From NCBI GenBank assembly GCA_965211995.1, contig OZ243040.1, positions 1,235,363 to 1,299,362 on the forward strand: a DNA stretch of 64,000 nt, given 5' to 3'. Of the stretch, positions 53,653-64,000 are shown one piece after another. The position numbers were made by a program, and so were the translations under genes. The stretch's first letter is position 1. Each line of letters begins with the position of its first letter. The stretch is from Candidatus Oxydemutatoraceae bacterium (GTDB lineage: Bacteria > Pseudomonadota > Gammaproteobacteria > Poriferisulfidales > Oxydemutatoraceae). Below the pieces are notes generated by a model. That model ran no database searches and was not told where the DNA came from. It saw only the letters and a list, made by a program, of their open reading frames with translations.

Positions 53653-54176
53653 TTCTTCTTGCCTTCCTTGCGCAGGATGCGTTCGTCGGCGTAGCGCACG
53701 CCCTTGCCTTTGTACGGCTCGGGCGGGCGAAACCCGCGGATCTCCGACGCCGCCTGCCCGACTTTCTGCTTGTCGGGCCCCTTGATGACGATCTCGGTCT
53801 GGCTCGGGGTTTCGGCTGTGACGCCCTCGGGCAGGTCGTAGGTGATCGGGTGCGAATAGCCGAGTTGCAAGTTCAGCGCCTTGCCTTTAAGTTGCGCGCG
53901 ATAACCCACGCCCTGCAACTCCAGCCGCTTTTCAAACCCCTTGCTGACGCCGGTGATCATGTTCAGCGCCAGCGCGCGCATCGTGCCGACCGCGGCTTTC
54001 GCCTTTTCGGCGCGGGCGCGGAACGAAAACGAGCCTGCGCTCTGCGTACATTCGACGTGTTCGTGCAGCACCAGCACCATCTCCCCGTTCGGCCCTTTCA
54101 GGCGCAGGCCGCCGTCCGCCAACTTCAACTCGACGCCGGCTGGTATTTCAATCGGTTTTTCGGATACGCCTGCCAT
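53649..54176 (-). CDS. rplF: 50S ribosomal protein L6
   Basis: Direct family match. Confidence 0.95.
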   Translation of the reverse strand: MAGVSEKPIEIPAGVELKLADGGLRLKGPNGEMVLVLHEHVECTQSAGSFSFRARAEKAKAAVGTMRALALNMITGVSKGFEKRLELQGVGYRAQLKGKALNLQLGYSHPITYDLPEGVTAETPSQTEIVIKGPDKQKVGQAASEIRGFRPPEPYKGKGVRYADERILRKEGKKK

Positions 54177-54179
54177 CGT

Positions 54180-54575
54180 TCACTCGACAATGCACAAAAT
54201 TTCTCCGCCCTGGCGCTTGACGCGGGCCTCGCGGTCGCTCATCACGCCCTGCGGCGTCGATACCACCGCGATACCGAGGCCGCCGAGCACCCGCGGCAGG
54301 TCGTCGGCACCGCGGTAGATGCGCAACCCCGGCCTGCTGACGCGCTTGATGCGCGTAATCACCGGCGCGTCGTCGTGATATTTCAACTTGAACACCATCC
54401 GCCGCTTGCCGTCTTGTTCCTCGCTCCGATAAGACTCGATGTAGCCTTCGCGCTTCAGCACCTCGGCGATCGCGCTCTTGACCCGCGACGCCGGCACGCT
54501 GACTTCCTTGTCGCCGATCATCTGCGCGTTGCGGATGCGCGTCAGCATATCGGCTATCGGATCGCTCATGCTCAT
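54180..54575 (-). CDS. rpsH: 30S ribosomal protein S8
   Basis: Direct family match. Confidence 0.95.
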   Translation of the reverse strand: MSMSDPIADMLTRIRNAQMIGDKEVSVPASRVKSAIAEVLKREGYIESYRSEEQDGKRRMVFKLKYHDDAPVITRIKRVSRPGLRIYRGADDLPRVLGGLGIAVVSTPQGVMSDREARVKRQGGEILCIVE

Positions 54576-54582
54576 GTCTTGT

Positions 54583-54888
54583 TCACCAACTCGCTTTGAC
54601 CAGGCCGGGGATGTTGCCCTCCATCGCGTGCTCGCGCAGTTTGTTGCGCGCCAGGCCGAACTTGCGGTAATAGCCGCGCGGCCGGCCGGTCAGGAGACAG
54701 CGGTTGCGTTGGCGGCACGGGCTCGCGTTGCGCGGAAGTTTCTGCAACGCAACCACCGCGTAGTCGCGTTCCTCGGTCGTGCTCCGCGGGCTTTTGACGA
54801 TCTTTTTCAACTCGGCGCGCTTTTTGCTGTATTTCGCAACCACTTTGGCGCGCTTGACCTCCCTTTGGACCATCGAAACTTTAGCCAT
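54583..54888 (-). CDS. rpsN: 30S ribosomal protein S14
   Basis: Direct family match. Confidence 0.95.
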   Translation of the reverse strand: MAKVSMVQREVKRAKVVAKYSKKRAELKKIVKSPRSTTEERDYAVVALQKLPRNASPCRQRNRCLLTGRPRGYYRKFGLARNKLREHAMEGNIPGLVKASW

Positions 54889-54891
54889 GCT

Positions 54892-55455
54892 TCACCTGTT
54901 TGACTGAAACGGGAAATTGAATTTTTCCAGCAGCGCCCGCGCTTCCTCATCGGAACCCGCGGTCGTCGTGATCGCGACGTCGAGCCCGCGCAAGCCGTCT
55001 ATCTTGTCGTAATCAATCTCCGGAAAAACGATCTGCTCGCCGATGCCGAAACTGTAGTTACCGCGCCCGTCAAACGCCTTGCCGCTGAAGCCGCGAAAGT
55101 CACGGATCCGCGGAATCGCGATACTGATCAGGCGCTCCAGAAACTCGTACATGCGCTCGCGCCTGAGCGTCACCTTGCAGCCGACCGGCCAGCCCTCGCG
55201 GATGTTGAACCCGGCAATTGATTTGCGCGCGCGCGTCGTCACCGGCTTCTGCCCGCAGATCCTCGCCATGTCGTCGAACGACGCGGTCATCACGTTTTTG
55301 TCACGCGCACTTTCGCCGAGCCCCATGTTGACCGTGATCTTCGCAAGGCGCGGCACGCGCATCGGGTTTTTATACCCGAGTTGCCGCATCAGTTCCGCGG
55401 CGATCACGCTGCGGTAGCGTTCCCGGAACCCCTGCATCACTGCGTTGTCGCTCAT
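54892..55455 (-). CDS. rplE: 50S ribosomal protein L5
   Basis: Direct family match. Confidence 0.95.
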   Translation of the reverse strand: MSDNAVMQGFRERYRSVIAAELMRQLGYKNPMRVPRLAKITVNMGLGESARDKNVMTASFDDMARICGQKPVTTRARKSIAGFNIREGWPVGCKVTLRRERMYEFLERLISIAIPRIRDFRGFSGKAFDGRGNYSFGIGEQIVFPEIDYDKIDGLRGLDVAITTTAGSDEEARALLEKFNFPFQSNR

Positions 55456-55470
55456 CTCCGCCTCCGCCGC

Positions 55471-55782
55471 TCAATCAATGCGTTCGCCGTCGGACCTGAA
55501 GCAGCGGACTTTGCCGCCGTCGTCGAGCCGCTTGAACCCGACGCGGTCGCCCTTGCCCGAAGACGGGTTGAAGATCATCACGTTGGAAAGATGCAGCGGC
55601 ATTTCTTTCTCTATGATGCCTCCGGCTTCGCCGGTGTTCGGATTCGGGTTCACCGTCTTTTTCACGATATTGACGTTTTCCACGGTCGCCCGCTCGTCTC
55701 CGACTTTGAGCACTTTGCCGCGTCGGCCTTTGTCCTTGCCGGCGATGACGATCACCTCATCACCTTTTCTGATGCGTTTCAT
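55471..55782 (-). CDS. rplX: 50S ribosomal protein L24
   Basis: Direct family match. Confidence 0.95.
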   Translation of the reverse strand: MKRIRKGDEVIVIAGKDKGRRGKVLKVGDERATVENVNIVKKTVNPNPNTGEAGGIIEKEMPLHLSNVMIFNPSSGKGDRVGFKRLDDGGKVRCFRSDGERID

Positions 55783-55791
55783 CGGATTGCC

Positions 55792-56160
55792 TCACAGCAC
55801 TTCGGGCGCAAGCGAAACAATTTTCATAAACCGCTCGCTTCTGAGTTCGCGCGTGACCGGGCCGAAGATGCGGGTGCCGACCGGCTGCAACTGGGCGTTC
55901 AGCAACACCGCCGCGTTGTCGTCAAACCGGATCAGCGAGCCGTCGGTTCTGCGCACGCCTTTGGCGGTGCGCACGACCACGGCGTTGTACACCTCGCCCC
56001 GCTTGACCCGCCCGCGCGGGATTGCGTCCTTGATGCTGACTTTGATCACGTCGCCGACGTGAGCGTAGCGGCGGCGCGACCCGCCGAGCACTTTGATGCA
56101 CTGGACTTTGCGCGCGCCGCTGTTGTCGGCGACGTCCAACACCGTTTGCATCTGGATCAT
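55792..56160 (-). CDS. rplN: 50S ribosomal protein L14
   Basis: [17 protein letters not shown]..., start at aa 11 of the ORF. Confidence 0.95.
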   Translation of the reverse strand: MIQMQTVLDVADNSGARKVQCIKVLGGSRRRYAHVGDVIKVSIKDAIPRGRVKRGEVYNAVVVRTAKGVRRTDGSLIRFDDNAAVLLNAQLQPVGTRIFGPVTRELRSERFMKIVSLAPEVL

Positions 56161-56227
56161 TTTCCTCTCCGTTCTCCCCGGCGAGAGCACGCCCTCAGTG
56201 CTCCCGGGAAAGTATTTTTCCGGCCTT

Positions 56228-56509
56228 TCATTGTTCCGCTTTCTCCAAAACCTTCAGCAATTTCCAAGCCTTGGTCTTGGACAACGGCCGGCACGCGAAA
56301 ATCGCGACGACGTCGCCGACGCCGCACTCGTTGTGTTCATCGTGCGCGTGCAATTTGGTCGTGCGGGTTATGTATTTCCCGTACATCGGATGCTTGACCC
56401 GGCGGCGCACCAGCACGGTGATGGTCTTGTTCATCTTGTCGCTGACGACGCTGCCGACGATCGAGCGCTGTCCGCCGCCCGCCGCCTTGTTCACGGCTTC
56501 TGCGCTCAT
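56228..56509 (-). CDS. rpsQ: 30S ribosomal protein S17
   Basis: Direct family match. Confidence 0.95.
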   Translation of the reverse strand: MSAEAVNKAAGGGQRSIVGSVVSDKMNKTITVLVRRRVKHPMYGKYITRTTKLHAHDEHNECGVGDVVAIFACRPLSKTKAWKLLKVLEKAEQ

Positions 56510-56715
56510 GAGCCCGCCTCCGCGGTGCGCGCCATTTCGTTCAACACCGTGTTTATCCGCGCGATGTCGCGCCGGTTCTTTTTGATGCGGTCGTACTTGA
56601 ACGACTGCCCGGTGCGCCCCTGCATCCGCAACTTGAACTGCTGCTCGCGCAACTCCACCAGTTCATCGCGCAACTCCTCGGCCCTCTTTTTCCTGAATTC
56701 CGACGCTTTCATCAC
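56506..56715 (-). CDS. rpmC: 50S ribosomal protein L29
   Basis: Direct family match. Confidence 0.9.
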   Translation of the reverse strand: MMKASEFRKKRAEELRDELVELREQQFKLRMQGRTGQSFKYDRIKKNRRDIARINTVLNEMARTAEAGS

Positions 56716-57125
56716 ATGATGCTCCTGTGCGTGAACGCGGTCTTGACCGGCAACTTGGCGGCGGCCCGCCGGAACGCCTCGCGCGCGACGCTTTCGCCGA
56801 CGCCTTCCATCTCGTACAGCATCCTGCCGGGCTGCACCGGCGCGACCCAGTATTCGACGTTGCCCTTGCCTTTGCCCTGTCTCACTTCAAGCGGCTTTTT
56901 GGTGACCGGCTTGTCCGGGAAGATGCGGATCCAGATCTTGCCGCCGCGCTTGATGTGGTGGCTCATCGCACGTCGCGCGGCTTCGATCTGGCGCGCGGTG
57001 ATGCGCCCGCGCGCGATCGCCTTCAGGCCGAACTCGCCGAAACTGACCTTGTTGCCGATGGTGGCAAGCCCGCGGTTTCTCCCCTTATGGGTCTTTCTGT
57101 ACTTTGTCTTTTTCGGTTGCAGCAT
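56712..57125 (-). CDS. rplP: 50S ribosomal protein L16
   Basis: Direct family match. Confidence 0.95.
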   Translation of the reverse strand: MLQPKKTKYRKTHKGRNRGLATIGNKVSFGEFGLKAIARGRITARQIEAARRAMSHHIKRGGKIWIRIFPDKPVTKKPLEVRQGKGKGNVEYWVAPVQPGRMLYEMEGVGESVAREAFRRAAAKLPVKTAFTHRSIM

Positions 57126-57160
57126 GGTCTTGCCTCAAAATCGCTCCCGGGCTTGCGCCC

Positions 57161-57829
57161 TCAGGATGCTTTCCTGATGCCTCCCGGTTCTTTTTTGCCG
57201 TCCTCGTCCTTGTAGATCCAAACCTTGACGCCGATGACCCCGTAGGTCGTGTTCGCTTCGGCCAGGCCGTAGTCAATTTTGGCCGACAAAGTGTGCAACG
57301 GCACGCGCCCTTCGCGGTACCACTCAGTGCGCGCAATCTCGGCGCCGTTGAGGCGTCCCGCGACGCAGATCTTGATGCCGCCCGCGCCGAGGCGCAGCGC
57401 GTTCTGCACCGCGCGCTTGAGCGCGCGCCGGAACATGATCCGCCGTTCCAACTGCTGCGCGACGCTCTCGGCGACGAGACGCGCGTCTATCTCGGGCTTT
57501 CTGATCTCCTCGATGTTGATCTTGACGTTGTTGAGATTCAACTTCATCCGCCGCGCGACTTCGCGCCGCAACGCTTCGACGTCCTCGCCTTTCTTGCCGA
57601 TCACAATACCCGGCCGCGCGGTATGGATAACGATGTAGGCCGCGCGCGCGGGGCGTTCAATCTGGATGCGGCTGACCGAAGCCTGCGCCAGTTTTCTGCG
57701 CAGGTAATCGCGAACTTCGAGGTCGCTGTGCAGGATGCTGGTGTAGTCCTTGCCTTCGGCGTACCACTTCGACGCCCAGTCGGAGGAGATCCCCAGCCTG
57801 AAACCCAGCGGATGAACTTTCTGCCCCAT
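57161..57829 (-). CDS. rpsC: 30S ribosomal protein S3
   Basis: Direct family match. Confidence 0.95.
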   Translation of the reverse strand: MGQKVHPLGFRLGISSDWASKWYAEGKDYTSILHSDLEVRDYLRRKLAQASVSRIQIERPARAAYIVIHTARPGIVIGKKGEDVEALRREVARRMKLNLNNVKINIEEIRKPEIDARLVAESVAQQLERRIMFRRALKRAVQNALRLGAGGIKICVAGRLNGAEIARTEWYREGRVPLHTLSAKIDYGLAEANTTYGVIGVKVWIYKDEDGKKEPGGIRKAS

Positions 57830-57840
57830 GCCGGCGCCTC

Positions 57841-58173
57841 CTATTCGTCGCTCACAGCCAAACTGATGTGGCTGGTTCTTTTCATAATGTCGGACGCGCG
57901 GCCGCGCGCGCGCGGCCGGTAGCGCTTGTGCACCGGCCCCTGATCAACGCAGATGCGGCTGATCTTCAACTCGTCTATGTCGGCGCCTTCATTATGCTCG
58001 GCGTTCGCGATCGCGGATTCGAGGAGTTTCTTGATCAGAAAAGCGCCTTTCTTGTCGCTGAACTGCAACAATTCCATCGCGCGCCCGACGTCGAGCCCGC
58101 GCACCTGAGCGGCGACCAGCCGGCATTTCTGCGGCGACAGGCGGACCGCTTTCAATTTGGCTGATACTTCCAT
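57841..58173 (-). CDS. rplV: 50S ribosomal protein L22
   Basis: Direct family match. Confidence 0.95.
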   Translation of the reverse strand: MEVSAKLKAVRLSPQKCRLVAAQVRGLDVGRAMELLQFSDKKGAFLIKKLLESAIANAEHNEGADIDELKISRICVDQGPVHKRYRPRARGRASDIMKRTSHISLAVSDE

Positions 58174-58451
58174 TACGCCGTCTTCGCCTTGCGGTCCCCG
58201 GAGTGGACCTTGAACGTGCGGGTCAACGCAAACTCACCGAGTTTATGCCCGACCATGTTTTCGGAAATAAAGACCGGCAAGTGGTTGCGCCCGTTGTGCA
58301 CCGCGATCGTCAACCCCACCATATCGGGCACGATCATCGAACGCCGCGACCAGGTCTTGATCGGGCGCTTGTCCCTTTTCTCGACGGCCACGCGCACCTT
58401 CTTCATCAGGTGCTCATCCACGAAAGGCCCTTTGGAGAGAGAACGCGGCAT
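58173..58451 (-). CDS. rpsS: 30S ribosomal protein S19
   Basis: Direct family match. Confidence 0.95.
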   Translation of the reverse strand: MPRSLSKGPFVDEHLMKKVRVAVEKRDKRPIKTWSRRSMIVPDMVGLTIAVHNGRNHLPVFISENMVGHKLGEFALTRTFKVHSGDRKAKTA

Positions 58452-58463
58452 CGGATCGCTCGG

Positions 58464-59294
58464 TTATTTTTTCCTGCGGCGCACGATCATGTTGTCGGTG
58501 CGCTTGTTGTTGCGGGTCCTGAATCCCTTGGTCGGAATCCCCGACGGCGAAACCGGGTGGCGGCCCCCGGAGGTCTTGCCTTCGCCGCCGCCGTGCGGAT
58601 GGTCCACCGGATTCATCGCGACACCGCGCACGGTCGGGCGCACGCCGCGCCAGCGCTTCGCGCCGGCCTTGCCCAACTTGCGCAAACCGTGCTGAAGATT
58701 GCCGACCTCGCCCACCGTCGCACGGCAGTCGAGTATCACCTTGCGCGTCTCGCCCGAGCGCAACCGCAGGGTTGCGTAGTTGCCTTCACGCGCGACGTAC
58801 TGCACCGAACCGCCCGCGGCGCGCGCGATCTGTGCGCCCTTGCCGGGCTTCATTTCGACGCAGTGCACGATGGTGCCGACCGGGATGCTGCGCAGCGGCA
58901 GGGCGTTGCCGGCCTTCACCGACGCCGCGCCGCCCGACGCCACGGTATCGCCGCTCTTGATCCCTCGCGGGCAGATGATGTAGCGGCGCTCGCCGTCGGC
59001 GTACAGCACCAGCGCAATGTTGGCGCTGCGGTTCGGGTCGTATTCGATGCGCTCGACGCGCCCTTCAATGCCGTCCTTGTCGCGCTTGAAATCTATCACC
59101 CGGTAGCGGCGCTTGTGTCCGCCGCCGATATGGCGGGTGGTGATGCGCCCGACGTTGTTGCGCCCGCCGGACTTCTTCTTGCCCGCGACCAGCGACGCCA
59201 GCGGCTTGCCCTTGTACAGGGACTTGTCCACCACCTTGACGGCGAAACGCCGCCCCGGGGACGTCGGTTTCAATTTAACCGCGATCGAAGCCAT
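58464..59294 (-). CDS. rplB: 50S ribosomal protein L2
   Basis: [16 protein letters not shown]..., start at aa 6 of the ORF. Confidence 0.95.
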   Translation of the reverse strand: MASIAVKLKPTSPGRRFAVKVVDKSLYKGKPLASLVAGKKKSGGRNNVGRITTRHIGGGHKRRYRVIDFKRDKDGIEGRVERIEYDPNRSANIALVLYADGERRYIICPRGIKSGDTVASGGAASVKAGNALPLRSIPVGTIVHCVEMKPGKGAQIARAAGGSVQYVAREGNYATLRLRSGETRKVILDCRATVGEVGNLQHGLRKLGKAGAKRWRGVRPTVRGVAMNPVDHPHGGGEGKTSGGRHPVSPSGIPTKGFRTRNNKRTDNMIVRRRKK

Positions 59295-59305
59295 GCCATC
59301 CTCCG

Positions 59306-59602
59306 TCAATCGGTGCCGCCGAGTTCAATGTCGTGGCCTTCGGCCAGCGCGACGTAGGCCTTTTTCCAGTGCTTGCGGCGGCCGCGGCGGCGCCCCAGTC
59401 CTTTGCTTTTGCCTTTCATGTTGACAACGTTGACGCTGTCAACCCGGACCTCGAACATCTTTTCCACCGCGCCCCGAATTTCGGCTTTGGTCGCGTCCGG
59501 CACGACCCTGAAGACGTGGCAGCGCACGCTGTCGGCGAGGCGCGTGGCTTTCTCCGACACGTACGGCGCGATCAGCACCTGCATCAAGCGATTCCGGTTC
59601 AC
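59306..59602 (-). CDS. rplW: 50S ribosomal protein L23
   Basis: Direct family match. Confidence 0.95.
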   Translation of the reverse strand: MNRNRLMQVLIAPYVSEKATRLADSVRCHVFRVVPDATKAEIRGAVEKMFEVRVDSVNVVNMKGKSKGLGRRRGRRKHWKKAYVALAEGHDIELGGTD

Positions 59603-60204
59603 GCCAGCCGCCCCTCAAGTTGCGCGATCGCGCTTTTGGTCAACAGCACTTTGTCAAAGCGCAGCACGTTCACCGGGTCGAGGCTGCTCGCTTCAAGCAC
59701 GCCCACCGCCGGCAGATTGTTGCTCGCAAGCCGCAGGTTTTCGCTCGGCTCGGCATCCACGATCAGCACCGATTCAAGCGACAGCGACTTGAGCCTGGCC
59801 GCCAGATCACGGGTCTTCGGCGTCGCGACCGCGAACTCGTCCACCGCCACCAGGCAACCGCGGCGATTGAGTTCCGACAGGATCGAACACAAGGCGCTGC
59901 GATACATCTTGCGGTTGACCTTTTGCGAAAAATTGCACGCCGACGCCGCGAACGCGCGCCCGCCGCCGCGCCAGATCGGGCTTCTGATCGTGCCCGCGCG
60001 TGCGCGTCCCGTGCCTTTCTGCCGCCACGGTTTGCCGCCGCCGCCGGCGACCTGCGCGCGCGTCTTCTGCGCTTTGGTGCCGCTGCGCGCACCCGCCAGA
60101 AACGCCGTCACCACCTGATGGATCAGCGCTTCATTGAATTCACGGCCGAACACGGCGTCGCCCGCCTCGAGCGTGCCGCCTTGCGCCAACTTCAGTTGCA
60201 TCAC
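59599..60204 (-). CDS. rplD: 50S ribosomal protein L4
   Basis: Direct family match. Confidence 0.95.
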   Translation of the reverse strand: MMQLKLAQGGTLEAGDAVFGREFNEALIHQVVTAFLAGARSGTKAQKTRAQVAGGGGKPWRQKGTGRARAGTIRSPIWRGGGRAFAASACNFSQKVNRKMYRSALCSILSELNRRGCLVAVDEFAVATPKTRDLAARLKSLSLESVLIVDAEPSENLRLASNNLPAVGVLEASSLDPVNVLRFDKVLLTKSAIAQLEGRLA

Positions 60205-61040
60205 TTCTTATCCCCGCTCTCGTCGTCCTTGCTCCCGGCGGCGTCACCGACGGCGGTGCCGCGGCCGTCATCCGCCGTGGTCTTTTGCCCGGCTTCGGGT
60301 TCGGTCTCGGGTTGAGCGGCGGACGTTTCGGCGACGACTTGTTCCGCTTGAGATTGTTCCTGCCGGGCTTGTTCTTCCACCCGTTCTTCGGTGGTTTCCT
60401 CCGCCGGCGGCACCGGCGCGAGATGACGCACCAGCACTTTGCCGCCGCGCCCGCCCGGCACCGCGCCCTTGAGCAACAGCAACTCGCGCGCTTCGTCCAC
60501 CTGCACCACCGTCAGGTTTTTAACGGTGACGCGGCTGTCGCCGAGGTGTCCCGCCATCTTCTTGCCCTTGAACACCTTGCCCGGCGTCTGGCATTGGCCG
60601 ATCGAGCCGCCCACCCTGTGCGACAGCGAATTGCCGTGGGTCGCGTCCTGGCTTTTGAAATGGTGGCGCTTGATCACGCCGGCAAAGCCCTTGCCTTTGC
60701 TGACGCCGACCACGTTGACCTTTTCGCCGGCGCTGAACGACGCGACCCCGACGCGGGCGCCGCTTTTTCTCAACTCTTCCCCGGCGATGCGGAACTCGCG
60801 CAACGTGCGCCGCGCGCCGATCCCCGCTTTCTTGAAATGTCCCGCCATCGGCTTGTTCACCCGCTCCGGCTTGCACTCGCCCATCGCCATCTGCAAAGCA
60901 AGATAGCCGTCGCTGTCGGGCGTCTTGACCTGCGCCACGCAATTGGCCGGCGCGTGCACGACCGTCACCGGCACCGAGGCGCCGGCCTCGGTGAACACCC
61001 GGGTCATGCCCATCTTCTTTCCAATCAGACCAATCGCCAT
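60201..61040 (-). CDS. rplC: 50S ribosomal protein L3, with an unusual acidic/Gln-rich C-terminal extension of about 65 aa
   Basis: The L3 core [20 protein letters not shown]...[19 protein letters not shown] is followed by [40 protein letters not shown]...DDESGDKK. The stop overlaps the rplD ATG. Confidence 0.9.
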   Translation of the reverse strand: MAIGLIGKKMGMTRVFTEAGASVPVTVVHAPANCVAQVKTPDSDGYLALQMAMGECKPERVNKPMAGHFKKAGIGARRTLREFRIAGEELRKSGARVGVASFSAGEKVNVVGVSKGKGFAGVIKRHHFKSQDATHGNSLSHRVGGSIGQCQTPGKVFKGKKMAGHLGDSRVTVKNLTVVQVDEARELLLLKGAVPGGRGGKVLVRHLAPVPPAEETTEERVEEQARQEQSQAEQVVAETSAAQPETEPEAGQKTTADDGRGTAVGDAAGSKDDESGDKK

Positions 61041-61086
61041 TGCTCGTTTCCCAACTCTTTCCTTAATTGCCGGCCCTATTCCGGCC

Positions 61087-61413
61087 TTAATTCAACTTGA
61101 TCTGGACGTCCACGCCCGCGGCGAGGTCGAGCTTCATCAGCGCGTCCACCGTTTTCTCGGTCGGGTCGAGAATGTCCATCAGGCGCTTGTGCGTACGCAT
61201 CTCGTACTGATCGCGCGCGTCCTTGTCCACGTGCGGCGAGATCAATATGGTGAAGCGCTCGATTTTTGTCGGCAGCGGCACCGGGCCCCTGACGCGGGCG
61301 CCCGTGCGCTTGGCGGTCTCGACGATCTCACTCGCGGATTTGTCGATAAGCCTGTGATCGAAGGCCTTGAGGCGTATCCTGATGCGTTGCCCGCTTTGCA
61401 CGTTCTCGGCCAT
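61087..61413 (-). CDS. rpsJ: 30S ribosomal protein S10
   Basis: Direct family match. Confidence 0.95.
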   Translation of the reverse strand: MAENVQSGQRIRIRLKAFDHRLIDKSASEIVETAKRTGARVRGPVPLPTKIERFTILISPHVDKDARDQYEMRTHKRLMDILDPTEKTVDALMKLDLAAGVDVQIKLN

Positions 61414-61434
61414 GATCCGATGACTCCGGCGGCT

Positions 61435-62625
<1,191 letters not shown>

Positions 62626-62634
62626 GGCGTTCTC

Positions 62635-64000
62635 CTATTTGCCGCCTCCGCTGCGGCTTTTGATGACTTCTTCGGAAATATTGTTCGGCGTTTCCGCATA
62701 CTGTGAAAACTCCATCGTATAAGTCGCGCGCCCCTGGGTCGCGGAACGCAGATCGGTGGCGTAGCCGAACATCTCCCTGAGCGGCACCTTGGCGTCGATC
62801 ACCTTGCCCGCGGGCGAGTCGTCCATGTTGCCGACCATGCCGCGGCGGCGATTGAGGTCGCCGACGACGTCGCCCATATACTCTTCGGGCGTCACGACTT
62901 CGACTTTCATCACCGGCTCGAGCAACACCGGCGACGCATGCAGCGCGCCGTCCCTGAAGCAGCGCGCACCCGCGATCTTGAACGCGATTTCCGACGAATC
63001 CACGTCGTGGTAAGAACCGTCGTACAGCGTCACCTTCACGTCCATGACCGGGTAACCCGCGAGAATGCCGTTTTGTATCTGCTCCTTAACGCCCTTGTCC
63101 ACCGCCGGGATGTACTCTTTCGGGATGGCGCCGCCGACGATCTTGTTGACGAATTCGTAGCCTTCGCCGCGGTCGAGCGGTTCGATCTTGAGCCATACGT
63201 GCCCGTACTGTCCGCGCCCGCCGGTCTGGCGAATGAACTTCGCCTCCTGATCAACTTTCTTCCTGACCGTCTCGCGGTACGCGACCTGCGGCGCGCCGAC
63301 GCTCGCTTCGATATTGAATTCGCGCTTGAGGCGGTCAACGATGATCTCAAGGTGAAGTTCCCCCATGCCGGAGATGATCGTCTGCCCCGACTCCTCGTCG
63401 GTCTGCACGCGAAAGGACGGGTCTTCCTGCGCGAGTTTCTGCAAAGCCAGCCCCATCTTCTCCTGGTCGGGCTTGGTCTTGGGCTCGACCGCAATCGAGA
63501 TCACCGGCTCCGGAAACTCCATGCGCTCAAGCGTGATCGGCTTGTCCAGCGCGCATAGGGTTTCGCCGGTGGTCACGTTCTTGAGGCCGACCGCCGCCGC
63601 GATGTCGCCGGCGTGTACCTCCTTGATCTCCTCGCGCGAGTTTGAGTGCATCTGCAAAATGCGCCCGATGCGCTCCTTGTTCGACTTGTTCGGATTGAAA
63701 ATGGTCTCGCCCGAATTCAGCACCCCGGAATACACGCGGAAGAAAGTCAGCGAGCCGACGAACGGGTCGGACGCAATCTTGAACGCGAGCGCCGCAAACT
63801 TGGCCTCGTCGGAAGCCTCGCGCTGCGGCGCCTGATCCTCGCCGTTTTGGGGCACGCCCTTGACCGGCGGCACGTCCGTCGGTGACGGCAGGTATTGCAC
63901 CACCGCGTCGAGCAGCGCCTGCACGCCCTTGTTCTTGAACGCCGAACCGCACAGGATCGGCACGATCTCGTTGTTCAAAGTGCGGAGCCTGAGCCCTTTG
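62635..64000 (-). CDS. fusA: elongation factor G (3' part; the N-terminal G domain lies beyond the window end)
   Basis: Domains III-V of EF-G. The ORF runs off the window edge. Confidence 0.9.
   Translation of the reverse strand, partial: KGLRLRTLNNEIVPILCGSAFKNKGVQALLDAVVQYLPSPTDVPPVKGVPQNGEDQAPQREASDEAKFAALAFKIASDPFVGSLTFFRVYSGVLNSGETIFNPNKSNKERIGRILQMHSNSREEIKEVHAGDIAAAVGLKNVTTGETLCALDKPITLERMEFPEPVISIAVEPKTKPDQEKMGLALQKLAQEDPSFRVQTDEESGQTIISGMGELHLEIIVDRLKREFNIEASVGAPQVAYRETVRKKVDQEAKFIRQTGGRGQYGHVWLKIEPLDRGEGYEFVNKIVGGAIPKEYIPAVDKGVKEQIQNGILAGYPVMDVKVTLYDGSYHDVDSSEIAFKIAGARCFRDGALHASPVLLEPVMKVEVVTPEEYMGDVVGDLNRRRGMVGNMDDSPAGKVIDAKVPLREMFGYATDLRSATQGRATYTMEFSQYAETPNNISEEVIKSRSGGGK

Overview
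This is a roughly 65% GC proteobacterial (probably beta- or gammaproteobacterial) chromosomal segment, mostly conserved housekeeping genes. In order: the 3' end of a formate-dehydrogenase-type molybdopterin oxidoreductase and tRNA-Ser(GGA); znuCB-zur divergent from znuA; the ychF-pth-rplY-prs-tRNA-Gln-ispE-lolB cluster; hemA-prfA-prmC; gatCAB divergent from mreBCD; an ETHE1-like metallo-beta-lactamase-fold hydrolase with cytochrome c4; metY; slt; btuF; thiC with a BtuB-family TonB receptor; tolC; waaA-kdkA-waaC; and from about 47.6 kb onward, on the minus strand, the complete S10/spc/alpha ribosomal-protein operons with secY, rpoA, tuf and the 3' part of fusA. Accessory or unusual material is scattered through this core. 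(1) A roughly 3.7-kb AT-rich, decayed genomic island sits immediately 3' of tRNA-Ser(GGA), bracketed by a diverged partial copy of the znuB 3' end; it carries gene remnants (a DNA-methylase C-terminus and others) plus one intact, translationally coupled three-gene operon of a PD-(D/E)xK-like protein, an MntA nucleotidyltransferase and a HepT HEPN toxin. (2) A low-GC GT10 alpha-1,3-fucosyltransferase gene lies beside tRNA-Met. (3) An orphan type I-E-like CRISPR remnant (AT-rich leader, two 29-nt repeats, one spacer, no cas genes) lies upstream of thiC. (4) A 757-bp convergent gene-free spacer downstream of gatB contains a 6S-RNA-like motif block, nested inverted repeats and an AT-only Fur-box-like dyad. 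(5) Two recent tandem duplications of about 260-277 bp cover gene 3' ends, and a decayed tandem copy follows tRNA-Ser(CGA). Coordinates derived from the ORF track are exact; coordinates of RNA genes, repeats and motifs were counted from the sequence lines and may be off by 1-2 nt.
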